Positions 42,401 through 54,396 are shown, counted from the stretch's first letter. The stretch: 59,598 bases of DNA from Harriotta raleighana (GCA_050575255.1 JBNZDD010013687.1:5995012-6054609); one strand, 5' to 3'. The notes: generated from the letters alone by a model not told the origin. Program-made: numbers and translations.

Positions 42401-44944
42401 TTTGAGTAATGCCACAGGATGCTTTATGGTTCTACAACTAGTGCACAAATACACGCATATACATACACACACTCTGCAATTGAAGACACTGCCTAACTTG
42501 ATAACTGCGAAACATATCAAGACCAAGGAATTAAAACAATTCCCAATACTAAATCTACTAAATGTTTGTTCATGTTCAGCATCACTTCCACAATGTAACG
42601 GAAAATGTTTACCCAGTGTCTCATTGGATCTCCAGGCAAAATAGGTCATGAAAATATCTTTACAAATGAGCTAATGGGATATTTTGCTTAATATGTCAGT
42701 GTTCGTTGAAAAATTCACATTGTAAGATATATTTAACTCTTATACTAGCACAGGTCCATCATACGGCTTCAACAAAGTGCTTCTGGGACTCAATCAAGTA
42801 ATATGTGGAGCAGACAAAGTTATGTTTCCACTGGCAACTTACTCAGAATAGATCTCTACGATTGCTCGACTGCTGTAATGCTGCAGTTCTGCATCACGTC
42901 AGTGCTTCATACATCCTAAGAACAATGACATTCTCTCTGGATTCTCAGGCATAGAATTATAGAGGCACAGCTCCAGCTGTCTGATGCCTATTCAGCTTCC
43001 TGGATGTTTGGTAAACTTTAAAATATATATATCATAATAATCCTTGCATTTGATATCGCGCCTAGAGATGAGGGCCAGACGACCACCACGGTTAGGTTTG
43101 TGGGGTCTGGTGGAAGTTATAACCGGGTGATATGGCTGTCAAAAATGTTGCGTGGAACCCTTTGCCACTGAGGATGGATCTACTACATCTATCACAATTT
43201 TGCTAATAGAAAGGGATAGTGTGTGTAGACAATATGATACTTCCTCATATGATATGTTCCTTCAGAAAAAAACAGAAACAATGGGATTCTTATTTTGAAA
43301 GCATTTTTGCAATTTAGTGCTGCTACACAATAGATTACTGACAAAACCTAATCTAATGAATAACGATATATTTAAGTACAGATACAGTGCTTTATATGAA
43401 ACAGCAGTAAGCTACTTATTGCAAACAAGTCTGGTGTCCTGCCTTTTACATCCTTCCTAATAGTCCCATTTCACTCCTCCACTCCAATTAGTCTAGCTAG
43501 CTGGGTTTCAATGTACAGTATTTTCATGATGAAAACCTCATTTAGGATTGAAAGGCCCCAAATCCCACCTAGCCCTTGCCGACAAGGGTGTTCTGTCTGC
43601 CTGAAACAACAACAACAAACAGCAAATTAAATTTGAATGGGACCTTTCTGCATCAGATGAACATTCCAAAATCCTGGACAGTCAGGGATTAAAATCCATA
43701 ATGGGAACTTCTTTTATGGGACTGTGGAAATTTATCAATTCCATCCCTAATTTGGAAGCCGTGTTTCCACAGTTCCTGTAAAGAAACAGGCTTCCAAATG
43801 CTGTATTCTCTTACATTTTATGATAGAGCAGTCTTAACCGAAAGGAAATTTCAGCCCTTAAAAGTGCCCCAAAGTAGAAAAGTGCACCAAAGATCCCGCA
43901 TACCTCACCTTGATCAGCAATAATCCGATATTCAAATCATTGAAATACAAACAGTGTGTGCTGCACAGTTCTCTCCAAGTACAAATGAATATGTAACAGT
44001 TGAGGAACAATACTTAGCTCTTAAGAAGCTGTTGCTTACCTAATCTCTCTTGTTTCTGTCAGAATGGAAAGTTGCACAGAGTTTAAAGTATCAAAGCAAC
44101 AGATCAAAAGTTACACAAACATTTAATTTATCCCTAGTCTTTTTCACTCTGACAATGTTAAAGCTTTTTTAAAAATCCAGTACAAATTTAACCCATTTGA
44201 CTTCATGGCTTTCTATGAGACATTGCTGGGCTCAAATTGGCTTCTGAGTTCACCTGTAGAATACACAGTTACTGCACTGTATAGTAAAATCCAGTGATAT
44301 CCTCCCGACGAGAAAGATGCTGCACATTTGAAAAAGATGAGGATTATAATAATTATTATTACATTTGATATCTTGTCGTTTAACCTGATTTTGTTTCTAG
44401 GTACACCCAATCCCTTAAATTCTCCTCATGAATTAGAATTGACTTCAACAACCTGGTTCTTTCCCCATTGATATCTCAAAATAAAATCTTCCGCTTCCAT
44501 ATGTGAAGCTGAATTAATATGCAATCGTGAACTTCAAATGACAAAGTCATTGACACGCCCCGACATCTCTCTCCTGACGTCAACTCAGCTGCTTGACACG
44601 GCTCGGTTCAGGAATTCCTTTGAAACAGTTCCCAGATGAAGCTAAAAGAGCCAAAGAGAAGTGTTGATTCTGTGAAAAGCAGATTAGGTCGATTTATTTT
44701 AGGAAATAATATCAGGAGATGTGGTACATAGTTTGGGACATGACATATGCATGCAACTGCCAGGCTGCTGGAAGGCAAACTGCATGGGTTTTGGACTTCC
44801 TCCGCTTGACAGTTCTTAATGTTAAGAAATATGCCAGAATAGATACCAGGGTAAAAATGCAAATGAATAGCTATCGGCTCTGTTATGAACATTACAATTC
44901 TCACCGCATAAAACTTGCATGGATAGAAATCTCAGACTGTTTCC

Positions 44945-45034
44945 TTATACTCTCGTAGCCTACAACTGCTTTACAGTTTGTGTTGTGTTTGTCCAACACA
45001 AACTGTAAAGCAGTTGTAGGCTACGAGAGTATAA
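44945..45034. repeat. Perfect inverted repeat / hairpin (41-bp arms, 8-nt loop); probable Made1-like MITE
   Basis: TTATACTCTCGTAGCCTACAACTGCTTTACAGTTTGTGTTG (44945-44985), loop TGTTTGTC, then the exact reverse complement at 44994-45034. TA dinucleotides at both outer ends. Confidence 0.9.
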
Positions 45035-46432
45035 TTATTATTTACTTCACTAGGATATCCTGGCTACTAGACTGGAGACAGCAGATGTTTCTAAAGTAAT
45101 TTGGTGCCCAAAGGTAATTAAAATCAGCTCCTCAGTTGCAAGCAGAATGGTGCTCTGCAGCCTGCCTTTCTGGTTGTATCCAACGAGATCGAGGGATACG
45201 ACAACAATAGAACACATTTGGGTTCAATAAACAGAAAAGAACGATCTAGGACAAAAGGGGAAGTTGGATGGCATATTTGAAGCTTGATGGAAATGCTTCA
45301 TTTGAATGCTTAATGGAAGAGCTAAAGTAAACCCCCAAGCTCATTTATTTTCTATGATGTATTATTTAATTAAGCTCAAGAATATATAATGGTGAAACGA
45401 ACAATTCAGTTTAATGCAGAAAAAAAGCAACATACGTCAGGCACAAGAAATACATTCAATTATAACTTCTGGCACCAGGTTTTCTATTTGGTAACACGCT
45501 GACCAATTACAGTGCAGATGTGATAATTCGAGATTAAATAATAAAGCATGACAAATGGTGGAATTGACGGGATAATTTTAAAGTTATCAACTCTCTTGTT
45601 TCTGATTTCACAATGCAATATGTCATTAGTTCACAGTGTATCTCACTGTGGGGAAGTAGGTTTACCTGTCCAGTGCTCTGTAAAGTTTTCATGTGTCAGC
45701 CTGGCTCAGTTGCTGGGTTCAGAAGTTTCAAAGATATCTATAACATCCATCTGAATAGGCAAACGGGACTTTGATTTTAATGTGTCATCCAAAGGGTGAC
45801 ACCTTCAATAATGCTGCACTTGCGCAGCCCTCACTACACTGGAGTGTTAGCCCGGATTCTGAGCTCAAGGCCCAAATGAAGGCTTGAACCCACAATCTTC
45901 GGAGCCCGTGGATAAGAGCCAAGTGACACCTAAATTAGCAATTATGTCAACTCATAAAAGAACCAGGCACAGTGGAAAACTTGTTCAAGTCTTGAATAGT
46001 AACTACTAATTTTTATCAGGTAGTGTTATTCCTGGTTATTATCCAGTAACTATGGCTGTAAAGTATGTGTGTGTGTGAGTACCTGAAGGGTGAGAATGGA
46101 CTGGGAATGGGACGGTTTTCACACTTACATTTTCTAGCAGGACTCCTCATCAGGAACTAGTGAAATACTTATCATAAATACTATTTGATAGTACTAAGCA
46201 GAAGGTATGACAAGTGGAAAGTGCAGCAATGGAAAGACTACCAGTGGCACGATATTTACCTTAACACAAAACGTACTGTTAGCTGCTTCTTGTAGGCATT
46301 TATACAGCACATTTCACATTTTTATAAGAAGACAAATATTTCAAAACAAAACAGAACCAATCAGAAATGAAAGCAAACCTTATTGTTAGAAGAAAATACA
46401 GCAGCTAATCTAAGCCCATTTAGGCCGGGCAA

Positions 46433-47053
46433 CAAAATATAAACTGGTTTGTGACCCATGGTTTGAAAATTATTAATTCGGGACTAGAGGTTACATTGCA
46501 GTTGATTAATACACTCAGAAAGGTCTCTCAGGCAAAAAACAAAATAACGCAAAATTCTAACACGTCGCCCAAGACCAGTCTCTAATTTCCCATGGCTCAG
46601 TCTGTAACATAGTGGTTAGAGCTCTTCCCTTCGCAAGCGAGAGGACCTGAGTTCCATTCCCAGGCAGAACAAAACTTTAAGCAGGTTTCCTTGCTCCAAA
46701 CATTTCTGTTTACCTAGAAGGAATTAGAAACCTGGTTGTGAATCGATAGCCTGACACATTCAATTCTTTTTCAAAAAATAATATGGTCATCCAATCCATG
46801 GCTGTTTATGGAACGCCTCTTAGTGCAGTTAGCATTTTGCACACAAAATATTCATTTAATTTTTCAGGATAAGTAAAGCGCTTCGAGATGTCTCCATGAC
46901 GTGACAAGGCACTGTATCAAATGCAAAGATTCATTACTGTATTCTCATTATTATTGACAGTCTTTACAGAGCCTCTATGAATGCATCACTGAATGTCTTC
47001 TTCACAGAAGGAATCAAAAACAAAGAGCGATTCAGAAACCTGATGTTGCCGGT
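46433..47053 (+). repeat. Inverted duplication, left copy (621 bp; unique sequence plus an embedded SINE)
   Basis: Reverse complement of 57980-58600. I counted about 10 mismatches in the first ~250 bp by eye. Confidence 0.95.
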
Positions 47054-48847
47054 TGTCATCCTGCATTGCGGGTTCTCCATCCTCGGGGAAGAGAGAGAAA
47101 GAGAGAGAAAGATTTTACATCATTGAGCAGAGCGAAGGACAAAATGGAGCCGCAGTAAAATAGATGCAAATCGTGTCCTGGGGAGGGGGGACAGAAATGT
47201 CAGTGTAATGATGTGATCGCAGCTGTGCTTTGCTGTTACGGTGTATTGATTCACATAACCAGAAGTGACCAGAATGTATTGGCTAGTGAATGAGCCACGG
47301 AGAAAGACCTATGATAATACTAAATCTTCCTATAGAGATGAATATGGATTCAAATTCCAACAATTTATGTATATAGTGTCTTATAAATACAGTGTACAGA
47401 TGTACATATGTATTCATAAATATGTACATATTTATACAGGGTGCCAAGTCAGGGCTGTGAAATGCCTCGGCACCCTACCAATGTGAACGACGCTTTTTAA
47501 ATGTAAATTTGTACTTTATTGTATAATGTAATACACACATACAGCTTGTCAAATAGAAAAAATACCTGCAGCAAAATCTGTGTTTGTTGGACTTTTATAT
47601 ATTATTAGTCATCATACACTAATAGGCACCTGAAACACAGGACAAGACACACCAAACTTACACAAACAGCCAACTTGGTGGCTGAACAGCATAGAATAGG
47701 ACATCTATTCCATGCTGCAGTGGGTGCTGATGGCTGTGCTGTCCTCCCATTATCTGTTCACCTGAACATTACATCCCGTAATGTTCCTCTATCGAAAGAG
47801 AATGGAGTTTCTCCCGGGGCCCTAGCCAACAGTGCATAGAACACACAGAAGATCCGGCCTCCAGTTGTGCTTGGGGAAAGGTTTCCATAGCCTTTGGGAG
47901 AGTAAGGAGAAGCAAACAGTAATAGCATTTAACACAGTGCCTATACGTATCAAAAAAGTGTTTTACGTAGTGACTCTACGGAAAAGCGGCTACTGATCTG
48001 CACACAGCCACAAAGTAATGTGGACGTGAAGGATCAATTTATTTGGAGTATTGTTTTCTGCGACCCTGGGAGAAACTCCCTTTTCTTTTCGAATAGTATC
48101 ATGTGATTTTTAACATCCTCCTGAGTTGACTGGATAAGGCGCAACATCAAATACAAAGATTATTATTACTATTATTATTACCCTGAGACTTGAACCCAAA
48201 GCCTTCTAACTCAGAGGTAAAAGCCCTGCCATCTAACCTAGGCTGATACCAAATTGCTGCTCTTTCGTATCTCTTCAGGGTGGTCTCAATGACATTGTAC
48301 ACTACAGATCTTTATTGATGATTGAGAAGGAAAAGCATGCATATAAAAGTGCTATTGCTCACTCAACATTTGTGTACATACCAACTGGTGCCTGTTGAAC
48401 AATGAAACACTTTTACACTGACCAGAATGTAGCTCACTATTCTTGACTTTAGTTTAATAGGCCTTTACCTTGCGGGCTTGGTTTAAAAGTAAAAGCCACA
48501 CAATGATAGACTTTCAGTTTGGCTTTGTGGCCTAGCACATTCCAAAATACAGTAAGAAGAAATCCTTTCATTTGATAAAGTGCTTCACTGTGTAATCGAG
48601 ACATCCCAAAGCGCTTTACAGGTTATGATATAAGTTGGTGTGATCGTTGAATTTTGCGGCAGCTAACTTGTGCATAGCATCGTTCCACAAAACAATAAGC
48701 AAGTAAGCAATTTCAGCTGGAGGATTGATGGCTGGGGCATGGGAAGAAACTCCCTTCTCTATCACTTGTTTAAGGTTAAGGGTTGGTCTTGACAAGTACA
48801 TACTTGACTTTTTTTTGTTTGAATATTTATATTGTGATAAATCTCAC

Positions 48848-48968
48848 CTATCGTCGTCACAACGGTGGCCACAAAAAAGAAAGAGCTGCCAAAATCCCAG
48901 TTACTCTAAACGGACATGAAAGAATTGCCAATAGGGTTGACTCCATGTTTCAAGGCTTCAATCATTAC
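48848..48968 (-). pseudogene. KCNK16: KCNK16-like coding exon 2 (pore loop 1) with in-frame stop
   Basis: Acceptor ctacag|GTA and donor ATAG|gtgaga. Reads VMIEALKHGVNPIGNSFMSV*SNWDFGSSFFFVATVVTTI-G, the K2P P1 signature with the conserved phase-1 intron inside the selectivity filter. TAG at 48908-48906. Confidence 0.9.
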
Positions 48969-50617
48969 CTGTAGTGATAGCAAATATAACTCATGTTATT
49001 TGAGCTCTGTGATTGCACTGCTTATTCCAAAATCGGGATTAAAGTTGTGTTCAAATATTAAACATAGATTAATGGAGGCCATTCCATTTTTCAATTAGTT
49101 GTCCGATTCCCTTTTGAAAGTTAGTATTCAGTCTGCTTGCACCACTCTTTCAGGCAGTGCATTCCCGATCGAATCTGCATTAAAACTAAATTCTCTTCAT
49201 CTCCCCTCTGGTTCTTTTGCCAATTACAGCATCTTGGATCTGACATAAACGTTGGCAAAATACATCAATTTGTTTTTTTGTTCACTGAAACCAACATGTT
49301 TTTACATAAGTGAAAGTGTTTGTTTTCATCACTAGTTGTCTCATTCTTGGTACCCAGAATTAGAAAAGGTTACCAGGCAGGATGGTTGAGGATGCTGGCC
49401 TCAATTTGAGAAATAGCTCGATATTGTATGAGTTACTGTCATTCTAAAAGAATTAGAGCCAATGGATTGAAGGGCGATCTTCATTCAAACAGCCTCCCTT
49501 TAAACTTCAGTAATGTTCAATCACAAACGTTCAATAGTGAACACATTTCCCTCTCAGTTTTTAAAGCTCTCTGGCTTCAAAGGGGCATTGAAGAGGATTA
49601 ATAAGAACAATGGGTGGACTTGGTTATGAAAGGAAACACGCAGAGGCAAACACAGAAGATTGGGAATGGGGAAGGAAGTACACTCCTGGACTTTGAATGT
49701 ATCTTAGAAAAATTGTGGACAATCAGATACTTTATAAGAATTGTGAATGATTTGATTCCCTCCCATAAAGTTAGCAACTTTACAGAATGGTGGAATTTTA
49801 AAGCCCAATTGTTTTTTGTAAAAATACTTTACAGTCAGAATTGGGACCCTTTCCTCGCCGTCTTTCTGTTCTTCCTCTGCAGAATTCTCTCTTTGTTGCC
49901 AAAACCAACAGTTGTTACTAGTAACTGCCTAAAATAAGGGAACTTCCCCCAAACCAGAACCACTGCTGTTGAGAATTGACAAGTTAGTTACATAAGTGCT
50001 TTTGCTGCTGTAGATAGTAGTAATAATAATTCAGTACTGTAGTTGCGTTTGATGTTACACCTAGTCAAATCACCAAAATGTGTGTAAGAACTTCGCAAGA
50101 AATACTGTAAAATGTCGTGAGTATGTATTTTGTCCCACGAACATTTGAGATACACAACAGCTGAGTATCTCCGAGAGGCCCCTATTTTGTTTTCAAATTT
50201 TAAAGGAGAATTTAGGATTTAGTGTTTATTCACATGGCATTTCAGGACCATTCAGGATCATTGCCATAATTTTCAAGTCTGTTACCTGTTATTTACAACG
50301 CCTTGGGACGTCCTCCTGACGTGAAAGGCGCTAGACAAGTGTAATTTTGTTGTTGACAACTAAAGAAATCCATCTTGAAAGTTGAGAATGAATTCAGCAA
50401 ATTAATTTTTACAAATCAACTTATATATTTTATGAAGGAGTCAATGGAAGGACAAATGCTCTGGACTCTACCCTCGGTGAGGAATGCTATATAAATGCAA
50501 GTTGTTGTTGTCGTAAAAGCATTGTGCATGTATATAATAATGTATGTAGGTGGGTTTAGTATTGGTATTTTCACCCATGTGTCTAGCTCCACCTTTGAGA
50601 AGTATACCTGTCTCACT

Positions 50618-50815
50618 CAACACCAACAACAACTTGGATTTATATAGCACCATCCATGCCAGATGGCATCTCAGAGAACTTCACAATAACGGATCCGAGC
50701 CAAGGGGAGGGGGAAAAAGGTGACCAAAAGTACGGTCGAAAAGAAAGGCCATTAGCTGTGACCTGAAAATAGGAAAAGATGGGTCAAGGTGAGGGAGTGA
50801 AGAAAGGAGTTCCAA
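50618..50815 (-). mobile_element. L2 3' tail fragment (second family) in KCNK16-like intron 1
   Basis: Similar to 22662-22870 (CAACAACAACTTGGATTTATATAGCACC...AGATGGCA...). Confidence 0.7.
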
Positions 50816-50990
50816 TCACTCAGAATAAGTGCACTGTATAAATCCATCAATCTCAAGAAAAACAAGTTTAACTCGGACTTAAAAATGATTGCTCAAATCC
50901 CATAAACTTTCCAAATATGAATGGTCATATTACAACTCTCCAAATAACAACACAAACAGACACACACATAGAGAGATAGGAATGACTTAA

Positions 50991-51191
50991 CTTCACAAAC
51001 GCTTCCACAGCCGCTGGAGTGAGACAGGTGTAATTTTCCAGGAAGTTTAATTTCTCTTTCCAGATCACAGTTTTGGTTGTGTCTTCTGCTTGTAACTCCA
51101 GCACCTGGAACACAGCAGCTCCGATCAGCAGGTAAATCAGGTAGATGAGGATGAGGAGCACCGTAGTGCTGGGGCGTTGACCGCAGGACAT
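50991..51191 (-). pseudogene. KCNK16: Two-pore-domain K+ channel (TALK subfamily, KCNK16-like), coding exon 1; probable pseudogene
   Basis: Translates to MSCGQRPSTTVLLILIYLIYLLIGAAVFQVLELQAEDTTKTVIWKEKLNFLENYTCLTPAAVEAFVK. This is the M1 helix (YLLIGAAVFQVLE) and cap domain; EKLNFLENYTCL closely matches KCNK16 EKLRFLENYTCL as I recall it. At the expected phase-0 exon end the sequence is AAG|TTAAGT instead of AAG|GTAAGT. Confidence 0.88.
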
Positions 51192-51255
51192 AGCGACAGA
51201 GCGTCAGTAGCCAGATCCCATCACAGACAAAGTTGCAGATAGAGGAAACTGACTC

Positions 51256-51325
51256 TTTTTATAGCAGCAGAAATTACACCCTGCGCTGTAGTTTGTGGTA
51301 TTGTGGCTGAAAAAATCAGCCAATC
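51256..51325 (-). promoter_or_regulatory. Core promoter of the KCNK16-like gene: TATA box and CCAAT box
   Basis: TATAAAAA on the minus strand at 51263-51256, about 65 nt upstream of the ATG at 51191. AGCCAATCA (NF-Y-type) around 51318-51326. Confidence 0.55.
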
Positions 51326-51899
51326 ACACTTCACTTGAACTGGCTCTGTGTTTAAGAAAAGTCTGTATGCCTTTTCTACACTCGGTCGATAATTTTTTGG
51401 TAGATGCAAGATAACGTTTAAATTTGTTTCCTCTTCCTACAAAGTTTGAATGCCTGGAGATCAGAGTGTAAAAGTTCCACTCACCTCCTTGACTTTTGTT
51501 CAGAAAAAAAAGCAGTTGGTTTAAAAAAAAACAATAAACCTTGAATTGATGTAGCACTTTATCAGTTTGTTGAGACATCTCAAAGGTCTTTCCAGAATAT
51601 AGTATATTGCAAAGTTTAAGCAGTCTTTTTTTTAAAGCTGCTTTGCTGATTGTTGACAGTGAATTTAATCATCTTGATTAAACCACAAGTTAAAGTGATT
51701 GAATTGATTTGCTGTTCTGGCATGCCTGTGTAATGAGTGCAGCCACACACCAACTTCTTTGAAAACAAACTGGTTTGTGATTTAACTTCAAATGGAGGCT
51801 TGCACTGGGAGAGGCTATTTGCATTCCTTTATGTGCCTGCTATTGGCTGATCCTATCCTATCTATAAAAACATTTTTTGTTGCTTTTGGCTGTACAGTA

Positions 51900-52111
51900 T
51901 TTAGGCCTTTATTACTGCATGTTGGGATTTGCAGTTGTAAGTGGAGTTGAAATGACCGATTTATTATTGTTGTGTGTTTTTGGTGGTGGGATTATTATTA
52001 GGCACGGGAGTAAGGAAACTTGCCAAAGATTTCATCCTGATCTGCCTGGATTCGAAAACAGGTCTTATGCTTGTAAGGCAAGTGTTCTAACCACTGAGCT
52101 ACAAGGACTCC
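51900..52111 (-). mobile_element. tRNA-derived SINE, head and partial body
   Basis: GGAGTCCTTGTAGCTCAGTGGTTAGAACACTTGCCTTACAAGC...TTCGAATCCAGGC on the minus strand. Confidence 0.8.
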
Positions 52112-52704
52112 TATCATCCCTGTGATTGGTGGTCCCTATCTCCCAATGGATTGATTTCAACGTCATCACCCTGATTTACAAATCTGTCTACCCTGCCACC
52201 TCCTTATCAATTTGATCTCCTCATACCTACTCATTTCTGACTTTGAACCCACCAGTCTAGGTTAATTTTCCAGTGCAGTGCTGGGAGAGAGCTGCACTGT
52301 CAAGAGATACTGTAATTCAGATCATATGTTTAACTGAGGCCCTATCTATCTGTTTATTCGGAAACTAAGGATTTCATGACACTATTTCAAAAGAGAAAGT
52401 CCAGGCCAATGTCCACGCCAGCAATCCGCCAGATTAAACAAAAATAGTGATTCAATTCATAGCTGTTTCTGGGGCCAGTGCTTTGAGCAAATTGGCTGCT
52501 GTATTCATTACGCCTTACGGAAAACTTTGTGTAAAGCTTTGAGAAGTTTCAACGTGATAAGGAGTGATATATTCAAATGATAATAATATTCTTTGTATTT
52601 GATACAGTCCCTTATCACTTTGTTGAGATGTCTCAAATCGTTTCACAAGACGTACTGTAAAGTGGATTGACTGTATTTGGGAATGAAATGCGATGCAAGG
52701 ATTA

Positions 52705-53399
52705 CAGGCAGTCCTCAAGTTACGTCAGGGTTAGGTTCCTAAGATGTGGTGTAAGTCGAATTTGTATATAAATCGAGTCACCCCCCTATAATGCTTACAG
52801 TCACATACAGTGATTGGTTGTAGTGTATAGTGAGCTGCCCTCTCTCCCCTGCACCCCTCCTGATATGTACAGTGCTGGAAATAAAATAAAATATTACTAT
52901 GTACTTACATGGCTTCATTGTGAGTCTGGCACTCGATCTGGCGCAACACAGGAGATCACACGCGACGTAGCGCAACGCAGGAGATCACACGCGATGTAGC
53001 GCAACGCAGATCACATGCGACATAGCGCAACGCAGGAGATCACATGTGACGTAGCGCAACGCAGATCACGCGTGACGTAGCGCAACGCGGATCACACGTG
53101 ACGTAGCGCAGTCTAAAGGCTGGAGAGTACTGTCCCGCCGAGCTCACAGCCTCACACAGTACCTGTACAGTACACACTCGCGTCTCGCCTCCATCCTGTT
53201 CCTGAACACGTATCGTGATCCCGTAAGTGTTGAGAGCGGCGACTCCAGTTTTCTATCGCGCGTGGGGCAACTAAAGAATTTATATAGTAGTGTCGTAACT
53301 TCGAAAACTTGGATGTAACTCGGACGTAATTTTACTGATTTTAAGTGTCGTAACTTCGAATTGTCGTACCTCGAAACGTCGTAACTAGAGGACTGCCTG
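52705..53399. mobile_element. Tigger-like MITE with an internal CpG-rich minisatellite
   Basis: TA|CAGGCAGTCCTCAAGTTACG ... CGTAACTAGAGGACTGCCTG|TA; subterminal GTCGTAACTTCGAA repeats. Confidence 0.85.
52940..53110 (+). repeat. Minisatellite, 24-29-bp unit GATCACACGCGACGTAGCGCAACGCA(GGA), about 6-7 copies
   Basis: Directly visible tandem units with CpG-type transitions between copies. Confidence 0.9.
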
Positions 53400-54087
53400 T
53401 ATTATTATATTAGATGTTATGAGCTGGACCTCCATTCCTGATATGGGGATCTACCGTGACTAAAATGCTATACACTATTGTGAGTCAAGTCTACATTGGT
53501 GCAGCAGTGATGCATACAAGCTGAAACATTGCAGATTCAAACATAGGACTGTTGAGTTTGTTGACCTTCACCAGGGCAGGGCTACAAATGGTCTCCGAGT
53601 TAGGGAAGGGAAAGTTCAGCCACAGTTTCTGTTCCCCGCTCCTATCCAGAGAACCACTGTTGTAAGGTGTGTCCTGTGAGGACAACATATGCTCACATGG
53701 AATTTGCCAGAATTCACGACTGTGCTCAGTAGGAGGAAAGCCATACACATCTTCAGGACAGGAGAAAAGGGGAAAGAGAATAGGCACAGCAGTACGATCG
53801 ATGTGAGTGTGCTGACTACTGTTGACTCATGTAGATGGAGAACTTTTGTTCAGACTTAAAATTGTACATCTCTGCATGCATTTGTGCAGCTTTTGCACTG
53901 ACTGCTGGGCTTTATTTGTTCTGCTTGTGGTCACGTTCACGACTGCTACTTTTTTTTTACACATTGTGGTCTATGTTTGCAGTTTCGATGTAGAGTTGAG
54001 TGTTGTCACTTTAGGAACGAGTTGACTCCTGATGAAGGGACTGCCTTCAGTAATACTAATCCTTGCATATGATACAGCGCTTTTCAA

Positions 54088-54396
54088 TCAATAATTACAT
54101 TTATATAGTGTCGTCGGGAGGACATCCCAAGGCGCTGAACAGTCAAGTTGAGATCAGAGCAGGAGGGGAAGGAAAGCAGGAAAATTGACTGTATATTTAT
54201 GGGCGAAACGCGGCAGCCAAGTTGCACACAGCAGTGTCCCACAAACAGTCGTGGGTTGAAATGACCAATTTTATTATTGTTTCTTTTGGAGGGACTATCT
54301 TTAGGCATGTGAAGTAAGGAAATTTGCCCTGCCTGGAATTGAACCCAGGTCTCTCAGTTGTAAGAGAGTGCTCTAACTACTGAGCTACAAGGACTC
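54088..54396 (-). mobile_element. Full-length tRNA-derived SINE with L2-derived tail (type B)
   Basis: Head GAGTCCTTGTAGCTCAGTAGTTAGAGCAC, body, then CAGTCAATTTTCCTGCTTTCC...GACTGTTCAGCGCCTTGGGATGTCCTCCCGAC...TATATAAATGTAATT. Confidence 0.85.

Noticed and set aside
52940-53110. CRISPR-like appearance of the ~29-bp repeat array
   Set aside because: The units are directly adjacent with no unique spacers, lie inside a MITE in vertebrate DNA, and no cas genes are present.
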